Origin: Thermodesulfobacteriota bacterium
Lineage (GTDB): Bacteria > Desulfobacterota_D > UBA1144 > Nemesobacterales > UBA2774
DNA: 43,533 nucleotides
Direction of reading: 5' to 3'
NCBI GenBank assembly: GCA_039028315.1
Contig: JBCCIH010000001.1
Coordinates: forward strand, 1-43,533
Under the pieces are notes generated by a model. It saw only the letters and a list, made by a program, of their open reading frames with translations, did no database searches and was not told the origin of the DNA. Within the stretch, counting starts at the first letter, position 1. Each line of letters starts with the position of its first letter. This document shows positions 19,277 to 29,192 of the stretch, in pieces. A program made the position numbers and the translations under genes.

Positions 19277-20681
19277 CCGTATCGGGCTTTAGCGCTATGT
19301 AAATTGTATTTGATCCTCTCTTAACAAGAAAAAGGAGATTTTCAGAATCTTGTGCAGTATCCATTTGTTTTCTATAGTCGTCAAGGTTTGATATCTGTTT
19401 TTTATTTATCTCCATTATAACGTCACCGCTCGTAAGCCCAGCTTCTGCAGAAACACTTCCGGGACTAACATTGGTAATAACTACCCCATTTGAATCCTCA
19501 AGCCCTAGTTTACTTTCTACTTGCGGCGTTATCTCTTGAACTATCAATCCAAGGTTTTTTTCTAGATCATTATCTGGAGCAATACTGGACACCTTCTTAC
19601 CGTTTTCAGGTAGCTCACCCAACTTGATATTTAGTGTTTTCTCTTTACCGTCTCTAACTACTACGAGTTTAGTCTTTGTTCCAGGAGCATAACTAGCCAC
19701 TAGTTTAGGAAGATCTGGCATATCTTCAATCTTATTTCCGTTTACTTGAACTATTATATCACCTCTTTTAACTCCAGCTTTATCCGCCGGCCCGCCAGAG
19801 GTTATGTCTGAAACAAGTGCTCCACTATCATCTTTGAGATTAAGACCCTCAGCTATTTCAGGAGTTATCTGCTGAACATAAACACCAATCCATCCCCTTA
19901 CAACCTTACCATCGTTTCTAAGCTGCGAGACTACGTTCTTGGCCATATTCACAGGAATCGCAAACCCAATGCCCTGACCACCTGCAATAATTGCTGTATT
20001 AACTCCTACAACTTCTCCATTAAAATTAAACAGTGGCCCTCCGCTATTGCCAGGGTTAATTGCAGCGTCTGTCTGTACAAAATCATCGTATGAACCCAGG
20101 CCCAATGACCTACCCTTTGCACTGATGATCCCTGATGTGACTGTATGACCGAGACCAAATGGGTTTCCTATTGCTAGCACCCAGTCTCCTATCTCCAAAT
20201 TGTCTGAGTTGCCAAATTTAACAGCCGGTAATTTTGTCTTTGGTTCAATTTTTAATAGAGCAAGATCCGATTTAGGGTCTGTCCCTATGGTTTTGGCTAC
20301 ATAGCTGTCGCCATTTTGTAGTATCACTTTAATGTCTGTTGCTCTTTCAACCACATGATTGTTTGTGATTATGTATCCGTCTTCGCTAAAGATAAATCCT
20401 GAACCAAGTCCTTTTCTTTTAAACTCTCTTTGAGGCGCATCACCAAAGAACTTTTCAAAAAAATCATCAAATGGATCATCTCCCCTTTCACCAAATGGGG
20501 AGCGAAATTGACGAGGCCCAGATTTGGTTACACTTGTGGTACTAATATTCACAACTGATGGGCTTAACTGTTTTACCAAAGGTGATAATGATTTAAATTC
20601 GTTTGTTTGCGCGTTTACATTTAGTCCTAAACCCATGAAAATGATAATTGGTATAATTAAAACTCTTGCCATACTTCTCAT
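19260..20681 (-). CDS. htrA: Periplasmic serine endoprotease DegP/HtrA (trypsin domain plus two PDZ)
   Basis: 473 aa with a signal peptide. Contains GSGFIFSEDGYIITNNHVV, DLALLKI and TDAAINPGNSGGPLFN (catalytic Ser), plus two PDZ-like blocks. Confidence 0.93.
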   Translation of the reverse strand: MRSMARVLIIPIIIFMGLGLNVNAQTNEFKSLSPLVKQLSPSVVNISTTSVTKSGPRQFRSPFGERGDDPFDDFFEKFFGDAPQREFKRKGLGSGFIFSEDGYIITNNHVVERATDIKVILQNGDSYVAKTIGTDPKSDLALLKIEPKTKLPAVKFGNSDNLEIGDWVLAIGNPFGLGHTVTSGIISAKGRSLGLGSYDDFVQTDAAINPGNSGGPLFNFNGEVVGVNTAIIAGGQGIGFAIPVNMAKNVVSQLRNDGKVVRGWIGVYVQQITPEIAEGLNLKDDSGALVSDITSGGPADKAGVKRGDIIVQVNGNKIEDMPDLPKLVASYAPGTKTKLVVVRDGKEKTLNIKLGELPENGKKVSSIAPDNDLEKNLGLIVQEITPQVESKLGLEDSNGVVITNVSPGSVSAEAGLTSGDVIMEINKKQISNLDDYRKQMDTAQDSENLLFLVKRGSNTIYIALKPDTDDDKS

Positions 20682-20857
20682 TAAATTAATACCTCCAAAA
20701 CAATTATTTAACCATGCTTGTCCAAGAACAAATCTAAAGCTCTATCAACATTTTTAAAGGATACTAACTAAACCCAGAATTTCTATAATAAAATTATAAC
20801 CTAGATCAAAGCCCGGCTGATGGATGGTTAGTATAAGTAATTTGAAGCGAACAAGAG

Positions 20858-22048
20858 TTAGAGGGGCTCTTTGAGCATGCTGTCCCAGTAACGAACATGA
20901 AGCTTATTAGAATAAAAGCGCATTAGAAAATCTCTTGCGGAAGAAATAAAGCGGCTGTCTGCAAATGCAAACTTGCCCATCATTCTAGACTGGTCTTGTA
21001 TCTTATCCACTCGGGCGCGTCTTCTGGACATATAGATATCAAATGCCTGCCCTATATACTTTGAGTCTGCCCTAGAGAGCTCATCAGCAAGCACCGCAGC
21101 GGATTCCATCGCCATTGATACTCCGCCTCCTGCTGTAGGCAGTATAGCGTGGGCAGCATCTCCAACTAGAACTACTCTTCCCTTGTGCCATTTTTTCATT
21201 CGTAAATCGTTATAGTATCCGTGGAAGATTTGATTTGGATCTTCTAAGCCTTCTAGTATTTCGGGAACAAGCCCGCCAAAATCATTAAAGTTCTCGTGAA
21301 TTCTATCTATTCTAGTTTCAACTGGGTCAATATCTTGCGCATCTTGTCTGATGCTTGTAAAAACTGATAACCGGCCCTTTGTCGGCCATATTCCAAAGAA
21401 TTTGCCGGTTCCCCAGTATTCTGCAATTTCCTTTATTTTTGCAACATTAGGGTTTACCCAAAAGCTCCACCCTGTCATTCCGCTGTAAGTGAGCGGAACG
21501 TCACCAAAAACAAGCTGCCTTGTTTTAGAGCGAACCCCGTCACATCCAATAACTACATCAAAAGTATCTTGGCTTCCGTCATTAAAAGTCACATAGACCT
21601 CATCATTCGTCTGCTCAATTTTATCAACTGTAGTGTTCATTCGGATGGAATCAGGGTGAACGGCTTTTTTAATAACCTCAATCAAATCTGGCCTGTAAGT
21701 GCTGAGCATCGGACCATATTTCTCGGTTACATCTTTAACCGAATAAGAATGTATCATTTGGCCTTTTTTGTCTGAAACATTATATGTTGTGAATTGAAGA
21801 CCTACGTCTAGAAGCTCTCTGTATACTCCAAGACCTTTTAGTATACGGCTGCCAGAAGGCCACAGAACAATTACATAGCCTACTGCGCCGTATTCTGGAA
21901 TGCGCTCTACTAAAGTAGGCTTAAAGCCCCTTTGCTGCAGGAGCGCCGTAAGCGTAAGACCTGCAATTCCACCCCCTACGACCAAAACTCTCATTTCAGG
22001 GCCATATCTTACAGGCAGGCTATATTTGTCAGTATTTACAGATTCCAC
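20858..22048 (-). CDS. FAD-dependent aromatic-ring monooxygenase (UbiH/salicylate-hydroxylase-like)
   Basis: Contains VLVVGGGIAGLTLTALLQQRG, GCDGVRSKTR and VLVGDAAHAILPTAGGGVSMAMESA. Confidence 0.85.
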   Translation of the reverse strand: MESVNTDKYSLPVRYGPEMRVLVVGGGIAGLTLTALLQQRGFKPTLVERIPEYGAVGYVIVLWPSGSRILKGLGVYRELLDVGLQFTTYNVSDKKGQMIHSYSVKDVTEKYGPMLSTYRPDLIEVIKKAVHPDSIRMNTTVDKIEQTNDEVYVTFNDGSQDTFDVVIGCDGVRSKTRQLVFGDVPLTYSGMTGWSFWVNPNVAKIKEIAEYWGTGKFFGIWPTKGRLSVFTSIRQDAQDIDPVETRIDRIHENFNDFGGLVPEILEGLEDPNQIFHGYYNDLRMKKWHKGRVVLVGDAAHAILPTAGGGVSMAMESAAVLADELSRADSKYIGQAFDIYMSRRRARVDKIQDQSRMMGKFAFADSRFISSARDFLMRFYSNKLHVRYWDSMLKEPL

Positions 22049-22159
22049 TATTACTCCTCATTAGTCATTACCATCATAACAATAATATATTAATCATCGG
22101 TGAAATTTAAACCCATATTCTTGTGAATTAGTATACCCCAAACTATAGTTGGTTAAATA

Positions 22160-22597
22160 TTAGTATTTGGGAACTTCTCCGGTGGTTTCCATGGAGATTT
22201 CAAGCTCGAGTCCATCAGGGTCAAGAAAATGATAAGCAAGGGGCTTTCCGTCTTCCCCCATTTTTACCTCGATAAACTCGATTCCTTTTTCAGCTAGAGC
22301 TTGGCTTGATTTTTGAGCATCAGCAACTGCAAAAGCAATGTGGTCTACTGCTTCTAAGTTATCACCAGCTTTAGTTGATCGGCTCTTATTCTCGCTAAGT
22401 GCGACTAAGGCTTTGGAGCTTGTGCCAAGAAAACTTTTTTTCTCACCGCCGGATGACCTGCCATCTAAGATCAATTTTAACTCTAAAACCTCGGTATAGA
22501 ATTTAATTGACCGGTCCATGTCACTTACAATTATGGCAACATGATCAATCCCCTTAATCATCTCCCCTTTACCTATTAATTTATCAAAAAGCCCCAT
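22160..22597 (-). CDS. VOC (glyoxalase/bleomycin-resistance/dioxygenase) family protein
   Basis: 145 aa. Contains IDHVAIIVSDMDRSIKFYTEVLEL...DHIAFAV...YHFLDPDGLELEI. Confidence 0.85.
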   Translation of the reverse strand: MGLFDKLIGKGEMIKGIDHVAIIVSDMDRSIKFYTEVLELKLILDGRSSGGEKKSFLGTSSKALVALSENKSRSTKAGDNLEAVDHIAFAVADAQKSSQALAEKGIEFIEVKMGEDGKPLAYHFLDPDGLELEISMETTGEVPKY

Positions 22598-22610
22598 ATA
22601 GACCTCGAAT

Positions 22611-23678
22611 TTAGTTTTCTCTGATCTTACTAACCAATATCCAGCCCACTATTGCCACAATGAACAAGATTAATATACCCATAACCCAATAGCTGCTTGA
22701 TATAGAATGGATCATGCTTGGCTTAACATCAATAACTCTATTGAAAATTGGGTATCCGTCATTTAAAAGCGCATTCTCAGACCCAATAGCAACTGATAGA
22801 ATTAAAGACCTTCTACCCTCAGTATCAGGTATAACCTCCCACTGCCAGATAGATGGGGAGTTTTTCTCTAATTTTTTTACTTCCAGCTCTGAGTCAGATA
22901 CAGAAAATCCGCTTCCGCTTAGTACTAAGCCTACGTTATCTCCTATCTGGCTTGAGTCTAAGTCTTTTGATATCGATTCTATAAATGCGTAACTGACCTC
23001 AGCCTCTATTTCATAGCTCTCTCCAAGCTGCATTTGTTTTGGTGTAGTAAATAGTATTGAGTTTGCGGTGTTTCGTCTGATAGTTTTTTCAAGCTTATCT
23101 AAAATGGCGGATAGTGGTTCTGACTGGGTTTGAGGAGTTGGTTCTTGAATATCATCTATATCAGACTCAGTGTTAGATGGTGAAGTTGAAGCTAATTCCT
23201 CTTGTATTATTTCTATAGCTGGGGGAAGCGTCTCTTCAGCTACTGGCTCAGGGACAATTTCAACTATCATATTTACTCTTCTGTTTCGGGCAAGTGCTTC
23301 TTCGTTTTCTCCGGCTGCATATTTATCCGTACCACCCTTGCCATAGACTTGTATTCTATCCGGATCAACTCCAAGCTCGAGTAGATAGTCCTTCACAAGC
23401 TCTGCTCTTTCTTTTGAAAGCCTCAGATTATAGTCCGCTCTACCTGTGATGTCTGAATATCCTTCCAGGATAATTGTGTAATCTGTCGCTTGTTTTACGC
23501 TCTGGATTTTTTGTTTAACTTTCTCTTTGTTTCTAGGACCTATTTTTTCGGTATCAGCTTCAAAATAAACCACAACTACGTCTCTTGTCTGAGAATAGGC
23601 GTAGTATCCACCAATAAATGGCAATAACCCTAGGGCTATAAACAATGAGAAGCTAAGAGAGAATTTATAGCTGTTCAA
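22611..23678 (-). CDS. OmpA-like peptidoglycan-binding domain protein with unknown C-terminal domain and C-terminal TM helix
   Basis: 355 aa with a TTG start. The OmpA_C-like block is LEGYSDITGRADYNLRLSKERAELVKDYL...GKGGTDKYAAGENEEALARNRRVN. An acidic linker and a roughly 130-aa unknown region follow, then YWVMGILILFIVAIVGWILV. Confidence 0.78.
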   Translation of the reverse strand: MNSYKFSLSFSLFIALGLLPFIGGYYAYSQTRDVVVVYFEADTEKIGPRNKEKVKQKIQSVKQATDYTIILEGYSDITGRADYNLRLSKERAELVKDYLLELGVDPDRIQVYGKGGTDKYAAGENEEALARNRRVNMIVEIVPEPVAEETLPPAIEIIQEELASTSPSNTESDIDDIQEPTPQTQSEPLSAILDKLEKTIRRNTANSILFTTPKQMQLGESYEIEAEVSYAFIESISKDLDSSQIGDNVGLVLSGSGFSVSDSELEVKKLEKNSPSIWQWEVIPDTEGRRSLILSVAIGSENALLNDGYPIFNRVIDVKPSMIHSISSSYWVMGILILFIVAIVGWILVSKIREN

Positions 23679-23782
23679 CTAAGCAAACTCCACCATGAGA
23701 TAAATCATACTAGCTCAGTTAGAGCAATATGATGCTATACTAAGTAGACTACACATTAAATGAGTTTTTGTTAATATGATAA

Positions 23783-24958
23783 ATGTCTACAACTAAACCC
23801 CAAGCTAAAAAATGCTTTGAGAGCAGTGTATACGAATCTATTTCATCAATTGATAAAGACCAATATAATTCTATTGTAGACCCGGAAAACCCCTTTTTAG
23901 AATTTGAATTTTTGCATGCCCTTGAAACATCAGGATGTGTAGGTCCACTAACTTCCTGGGATCCAAGATATATCATTCTGAAGGATAATAGTAAAATAAT
24001 TGGAGCAATAACAGCTTATAAAAAACTCGATTCATATGGAGAGTACATATTTGACTGGGAGTGGGCACGAGCATTTGAAAGCTCAGGACTAAGGTACTAT
24101 CCAAAGCTGGTTGTTGCCGTTCCATTCACCCCTGCTACAGGAACACGAATATTAGTGCACCCTGACTATCCCTTTGATGAGTGCGCTGAAATAATGCTAA
24201 AGCGGTTAATTCAAGTGTGTATTGAAGAAAACTGCTCATCGACTCATTTTTTGTATTTGACCGAAAAAGAGAATCTGTTTCTATCACAAAAGGGTTTTTT
24301 GAGCAGAATAACCCATCAGTATCACTGGAAGAATCGCGATTATACAAACTTTGATGATTTCTTGTGCGATCTTCGTTCAGGAAGAAAAAAACAGATCAGA
24401 AAAGAGCGCAGGTCTCTGGGCGAAATAGGGTTGAACATTCAGACTCTCAGTGGTGATGAGATAAATGAAGAACACATGGACTCTATATGGGAATTCTATT
24501 TGGACACTCATTCCAGAAAATGGGGAAGTGCATACCTAAACCGGGAGTTTTTTGATCTAATGTTTCAAAACTTCAGGCACCGCCTAGTTTTTATTATGGC
24601 CAATGACGGAGATAAATGGGTAGGCGGCACATTCAATGTACATAAGAATGATAGGCTCTTTGGCCGCTATTGGGGCACACTTTATAATTACAAGAATCTT
24701 CATTTTGAATGTTGTTTCTATGGATTAATAGATTATTCTATAAAGAAAGGGGTCAAAATTTTTGAAGCAGGAGCGCAGGGAGAGCATAAGTTTTTAAGGG
24801 GTTTCGCTGCTGTCCCAACATACAGCTCGCACATGATGCTCAATGAAAATGCGCAAAATGCGATTGGTGATTATCTAATAAGGGAGAGGGATTACACTGA
24901 TAGTCTCATTACTCAATATAACAGACAATCACCACTAAAATATTTATACGGCAAGTAG
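23783..24958 (+). CDS. GNAT-fold FemAB-like (DUF482/COG3146) acyltransferase family protein
   Basis: 391 aa. Contains NPFLEFEFLHALETSGCVG..W.PRYI, SYGEYIFDWEWA, YYPKLVVAVPFTPATG and RYWG...LHFE.CFY. Confidence 0.78.
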   Translation: MSTTKPQAKKCFESSVYESISSIDKDQYNSIVDPENPFLEFEFLHALETSGCVGPLTSWDPRYIILKDNSKIIGAITAYKKLDSYGEYIFDWEWARAFESSGLRYYPKLVVAVPFTPATGTRILVHPDYPFDECAEIMLKRLIQVCIEENCSSTHFLYLTEKENLFLSQKGFLSRITHQYHWKNRDYTNFDDFLCDLRSGRKKQIRKERRSLGEIGLNIQTLSGDEINEEHMDSIWEFYLDTHSRKWGSAYLNREFFDLMFQNFRHRLVFIMANDGDKWVGGTFNVHKNDRLFGRYWGTLYNYKNLHFECCFYGLIDYSIKKGVKIFEAGAQGEHKFLRGFAAVPTYSSHMMLNENAQNAIGDYLIRERDYTDSLITQYNRQSPLKYLYGK

Positions 24959-24959
24959 A

Positions 24960-25304
24960 ATGGAAGAAAAAAAATTTATCAAACCTGGCGATCTTGAAGG
25001 CGATCTCCTAACAGAGGAGAAGCTAAATTTAAAACGGCCCGATATGTACAGAGTCGTGCTTTTAAATGATGACTATACGCCAAGAGATTTTGTTGTTTGG
25101 ATACTGATGAGAGTCTTTTATAAAGGTGAGAGCGAATCTACCAGAATTATGCTTGAAGCACATACTGCTGGGCAGAGCACAATTGGCGTGTACACTTATG
25201 ATGTGGCAACAACAAAAATTGCACAGGTAGATAAAATTGCTAAACAGTATGAGCATCCTCTTACATGTATTTTGGAAGTGGAAAGCGGTGGTGAGGAACA
25301 ATGA
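24960..25304 (+). CDS. clpS: ATP-dependent Clp protease adaptor ClpS
   Basis: Contains YRVVLLNDDYTPRDFVVWILMRVF and GQSTIGVYTYDVATTK. It has an ATGA overlap with clpA. Confidence 0.95.
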   Translation: MEEKKFIKPGDLEGDLLTEEKLNLKRPDMYRVVLLNDDYTPRDFVVWILMRVFYKGESESTRIMLEAHTAGQSTIGVYTYDVATTKIAQVDKIAKQYEHPLTCILEVESGGEEQ

Positions 25305-27547
25305 CATTATCAAAAGAACTTGAAGAAACACTAAAAAGAGCGTTTGAGCAGGCTAAGGTAAGAAGGCACGAGTTTATAACCTTAGAGCATATACTATTTG
25401 AGCTTACATATGATCCTGATGCTTCAGATGTTCTTATTGGATGCGGAGTTGACCTGGACAGACTAAGGGACTCTATAGATAACTTTATGAATGAGAGTAT
25501 GCCGCCTATTGAATCTGAATATTTGCCTGATCCTCAATATTCCGCAGGAAGCCAGTTTGTACTTAGGCTCGCAGCCATGCATGCTGAGTCTGCTGATAAA
25601 CCGGAGATAAACGGAGGGAACATTCTGGTATCAATGTTCCGTGTAGACGAATCCCATGCAGTGTTCTTATTAAACGAGCAGGGAGTAAACCGCTATGATG
25701 TAGTTCGCTATTTCTCTCACGGAAGATCGCAGTTTGAGAGAGAGGAAAGACAAACAAGTATTGCCAAAACAGACTCTGAAGCAGCACCTGAGCAAAAAGA
25801 TCCACTATCGGAGTACTGCACTAACTTGGTTGAGAAGGCTAGTGACGGGAAATTAGACCCTCTAATTGGAAGAGAGTCTGAAATCGACCGCACTATTCAT
25901 ATATTAGCCAGAAGAAGAAAGAATAATCCTATTTTTGTTGGTGATGCCGGAGTAGGAAAAACAGCAATAGCCGAAGGACTAGCGCTTAGGATTGCAGAGA
26001 AAAAAGTACCTGAACCTTTAGAAGAGACTGATATATATGCGCTTGATATGGGCTCACTTACTGCAGGCACCAGATACCGCGGAGATTTTGAAGAAAGACT
26101 AAAAGCAATAATAGACTCTGTAAAAGGCGATCAGAAAAAGGTTTTATTTATTGATGAGATTCATACAGTAATAGGAGCGGGCGCTGTTTCTGGCGGAACT
26201 TTAGATGCTTCAAATATGCTAAAGCCTGCTCTAGCCAGCGGGGAAATTAGGTGCATTGGAACCACTACTTCCAAAGAATACAGGGGTGTTTTTGAAAAAG
26301 ACCATGCTCTTGCAAGAAGATTTCAAAAAGTTGACGTATATGAGCCCAGCCAAGAAGAATGTTTAAAGATACTTCAGGGCCTAAAGAAATATTATGAAGA
26401 GTTTCATGGAGTAAGATACTCAACCCCTTCGCTTAAAGCCGCTGTTGATCTCTCTGCTAAATATATGAACGACAGAAGGCTACCCGATAAAGCAATTGAC
26501 CTTATTGACGAGGCCGGAGCTGATGTAAAGCTCAGAAAATACGATTCAGATACAAAACAGGTCACTGTAAAAGATATTGAAGCACTAGTAGCAAAAATTG
26601 CCAAGATACCAACCCGCACAGTTAAAGTAGATGACAGAAACAGGCTTATGACTCTGGCTGGTGATCTCAAGAAGGTAATTTTTGGACAAAATGAGGCGGT
26701 TGACAAGTTAGTAACTGCTATTCAGATGTCTAGATCCGGTCTTAGTGAACCAAACAAGCCGGTTGGTAATTTTATGTTTGCCGGACCAACGGGTGTAGGA
26801 AAAACTGAGCTTGCCAAACAGCTTGCCGAGGCAATGGGTATTGAATTTATACGCTTTGATATGAGTGAATATATGGAAAAGCACACCGTCTCTCGCTTGA
26901 TTGGTTCGCCCCCAGGTTATGTTGGCTATGATGAAGGCGGACAGCTAACTGAAGCTGTTCACCAAAATCCTCATGCTGTGCTTCTTCTTGATGAAATAGA
27001 AAAGGCTCACGAGGATATTTACAACGTATTACTACAAGTAATGGACCACGCGACTCTGACAGACTCAAACGGTAGGAAAGTAGACTTTAGGCAAATTGTG
27101 CTCATTTTAACTACCAATACAGGCTCAAGAGAAAGCAATCAACGAAGCGTAGGCTTTGGAAAAGAAGAATATGAGGACAAGAGCGCACAGGCAATTGAGC
27201 GCTATTTCAGTCCCGAATTTAGAAACCGCCTGAATGCGACTCTGCATTTTAACTCGCTAAGCAAGGAAGTTGTTGAAAGGATTGTGGATAAGATGGTAGG
27301 ACAGCTTGCAGATAGGCTAAAGGCCAAGAAAGTAGTGCTTGAGCTTACAGATGAAGCAAGATCATATATTGCGGAGCAGGGCTACGATAAGCAGCTTGGA
27401 GCAAGGCCAATCCAAAGACTTATTGATCATGAAATTGCGCAAAAGCTCTCACAGGAAATATTATTTGGTAATCTGACAAGCGGCGGCGATGTTAAAATTC
27501 TAATTAACAAAGAAAAAGAACTCGATTTTGAAATAAACCAAGACTAA
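25301..27547 (+). CDS. clpA: ATP-dependent Clp protease ATP-binding subunit ClpA
   Basis: 748 aa. It has two AAA+ modules (GDAGVGKTAIAEGLA; GPTGVGKTELAKQLA) and no ClpB-type middle domain. Confidence 0.97.
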   Translation: MTLSKELEETLKRAFEQAKVRRHEFITLEHILFELTYDPDASDVLIGCGVDLDRLRDSIDNFMNESMPPIESEYLPDPQYSAGSQFVLRLAAMHAESADKPEINGGNILVSMFRVDESHAVFLLNEQGVNRYDVVRYFSHGRSQFEREERQTSIAKTDSEAAPEQKDPLSEYCTNLVEKASDGKLDPLIGRESEIDRTIHILARRRKNNPIFVGDAGVGKTAIAEGLALRIAEKKVPEPLEETDIYALDMGSLTAGTRYRGDFEERLKAIIDSVKGDQKKVLFIDEIHTVIGAGAVSGGTLDASNMLKPALASGEIRCIGTTTSKEYRGVFEKDHALARRFQKVDVYEPSQEECLKILQGLKKYYEEFHGVRYSTPSLKAAVDLSAKYMNDRRLPDKAIDLIDEAGADVKLRKYDSDTKQVTVKDIEALVAKIAKIPTRTVKVDDRNRLMTLAGDLKKVIFGQNEAVDKLVTAIQMSRSGLSEPNKPVGNFMFAGPTGVGKTELAKQLAEAMGIEFIRFDMSEYMEKHTVSRLIGSPPGYVGYDEGGQLTEAVHQNPHAVLLLDEIEKAHEDIYNVLLQVMDHATLTDSNGRKVDFRQIVLILTTNTGSRESNQRSVGFGKEEYEDKSAQAIERYFSPEFRNRLNATLHFNSLSKEVVERIVDKMVGQLADRLKAKKVVLELTDEARSYIAEQGYDKQLGARPIQRLIDHEIAQKLSQEILFGNLTSGGDVKILINKEKELDFEINQD

Positions 27548-27562
27548 AAAGGGGCTATAGTC

Positions 27563-27892
27563 ATGAGCTTAGCTAAACTGTCTTTACTAATTGTTATTCA
27601 AATTACATTTTTCATTACTGGACTTAATTTAGCACAGAGCGCTCATGCTCAGAGCAAATCCAGCGGAAATGTAGTTATGCGTGATATTCAGTCGGGTTTA
27701 GACCTGAGAGGAAAAAGTAAAACTGATGTTCTTAAACTAATAGGTCCACCTTGGCAAAAGGACATGACTCCTGTTAAAGCAAGGTATAATGAGAAATGGA
27801 CCTATAGCTGTGAGAAAAAAAATGGCCTTACCTATGACTGCGTATTTATATATTTTCTTGCAGGCAAGGTGAAGGGCGTCGAGGTTTACTAA
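27563..27892 (+). CDS. Small secreted protein (BamE/SmpA-OmlA-like pattern, tentative)
   Basis: 109 aa with a signal peptide ending AHAQS. The stretch ...KTDVLKLIGPP....EKWTY......VFIYFLAGKVKGVEV resembles the small beta-lactamase-inhibitor-like BamE fold. Confidence 0.5.
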   Translation: MSLAKLSLLIVIQITFFITGLNLAQSAHAQSKSSGNVVMRDIQSGLDLRGKSKTDVLKLIGPPWQKDMTPVKARYNEKWTYSCEKKNGLTYDCVFIYFLAGKVKGVEVY

Positions 27893-28356
27893 ATCAGTCC
27901 ATCCAAAAGCTCTGACATCCGAGAGTTTCTTACTTCCCCGCTTTTGTCATAAACGGCCTTACCGTTTTTATCATATATAATCAGATGCGGAATGTAGTTT
28001 TTATAGTGTTTTCTGAGAAGCGCGGTTTGATCTGATGATCTTGGGGAGTCTAAATCGATCACAACAAAATCCACTTGGCCATTATATTTTTCATATAATT
28101 CAACAGTTCTTCTTGCCTGACGTTTAGAGTTATAGCACTCTCTATGATAGAAAATTACATATGTTGGCTTTTCGTTACTTATCTTGCCGTCTCTCATATT
28201 CTTTCCGGTTATAAGCGGGCCGTCGTTAGAATCACTTGAGTAGTTTAAATCCGGGTTTAATTTTAGGTCTGTAGCTGCAAACACTGCTGTGCTAAGAGCA
28301 AAAAAAGTAAATAGTATGGTGATGTAAAAAAATATATTGTTCATATGTGCGGTCAC
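27889..28356 (-). CDS. Thioredoxin-fold protein with monothiol CxxS motif, signal-anchored
   Basis: 155 aa. Contains YVIFYHRECYNSKRQ (C-Y-N-S where CxxC is expected), ...VDFVVIDLD... and IPHLIIYDKNGK. Confidence 0.6.
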   Translation of the reverse strand: MTAHMNNIFFYITILFTFFALSTAVFAATDLKLNPDLNYSSDSNDGPLITGKNMRDGKISNEKPTYVIFYHRECYNSKRQARRTVELYEKYNGQVDFVVIDLDSPRSSDQTALLRKHYKNYIPHLIIYDKNGKAVYDKSGEVRNSRMSELLDGLI

Positions 28357-28487
28357 GTTGCTTCTCTCCCTTTTACTATATTCAACTCATAATCTATATA
28401 CGTGCATGCATATAATGCGGTTTCATATTAATATTAACCTGTATATAATTTGATATGACAATTACTAGATCCGAGGATGGTATATAA

Positions 28488-29111
28488 ATGGCAAGTTCTA
28501 AAGTGCGGATAGGCTCCAACATTAAAAATAAAGAACTAATTGATATTAGGCGGCAAGAGTTAGTTAACGCTGCAGTAAAGCTCTTCGTAGAAAAGGGGTT
28601 TCATAAAACTACAGTTAGAGAAATCGCTAAGGAATTTGGGATGAGTATGGGCTCTCTTTATGATTATATAAGGACTAAAGAAGACATTCTGTTTTTAGTT
28701 TGCGATCATATATTTAAGAGTGTAAGCGACAAAATCGAGTCATCAATGAAGACAGAAACAGACACTAAACAAAAGCTTATAAATGCCATGCATGATTACT
28801 TTACTATTATTGACAGTATTCAAGACTACACGCTCTTATTATATCAGGAAACTAAATCTCTTAAGCGTAAAGATAGGAACTATGTGTTGTCTGCTGAAAT
28901 GGAGCTTACAAACATTTTTGAAAGAATAATCCTACAAGGAATTAAAGAAAAAATTTTCAAGGCAGATAAAAGAACAGCGAAAGTAGTAGCAAATAATATC
29001 ATGGTACAGGGGCAGATGTGGTCATTTAGACGCTGGGTTGCACAGAAAAACTTCTCACTCAATAGTTACATCAAAATTCAAACTGAACTAGTTATTAGAT
29101 CAATTTCATAA
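28488..29111 (+). CDS. TetR/AcrR family transcriptional regulator
   Basis: The N-terminal helix-turn-helix is AAVKLFVEKGFHKTTVREIAKEFGMSMGSLYDYIRTKEDIL. Confidence 0.9.
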   Translation: MASSKVRIGSNIKNKELIDIRRQELVNAAVKLFVEKGFHKTTVREIAKEFGMSMGSLYDYIRTKEDILFLVCDHIFKSVSDKIESSMKTETDTKQKLINAMHDYFTIIDSIQDYTLLLYQETKSLKRKDRNYVLSAEMELTNIFERIILQGIKEKIFKADKRTAKVVANNIMVQGQMWSFRRWVAQKNFSLNSYIKIQTELVIRSIS

Positions 29112-29116
29112 ACATC

Positions 29117-29145
29117 TTGACTCGCTGTTTTATGTCTAATATAAT
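29117..29145 (+). promoter_or_regulatory. Near-consensus sigma-70 promoter ahead of the acyl-CoA dehydrogenase gene
   Basis: TTGACT-N17-TATAAT, read directly from the sequence. Confidence 0.45.
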
Positions 29146-29192
29146 TAAAACGAGCAAGCGCTCGGTCGGAATAATGGCAGGGAGGTATTTAT

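Noticed and set aside
20858-23678. Monooxygenase - VOC protein - OmpA-like genes as a possible functional cluster.
   Set aside because: The gaps of 111 nt and 13 nt and the generic families give no specific pathway logic. I treat this as adjacency.
28400-28425. TGCATGCA-centred partial palindrome in the TetR divergent promoter, as a possible TetR operator.
   Set aside because: The arms match poorly beyond the 8-bp core, so it cannot be told apart from chance.
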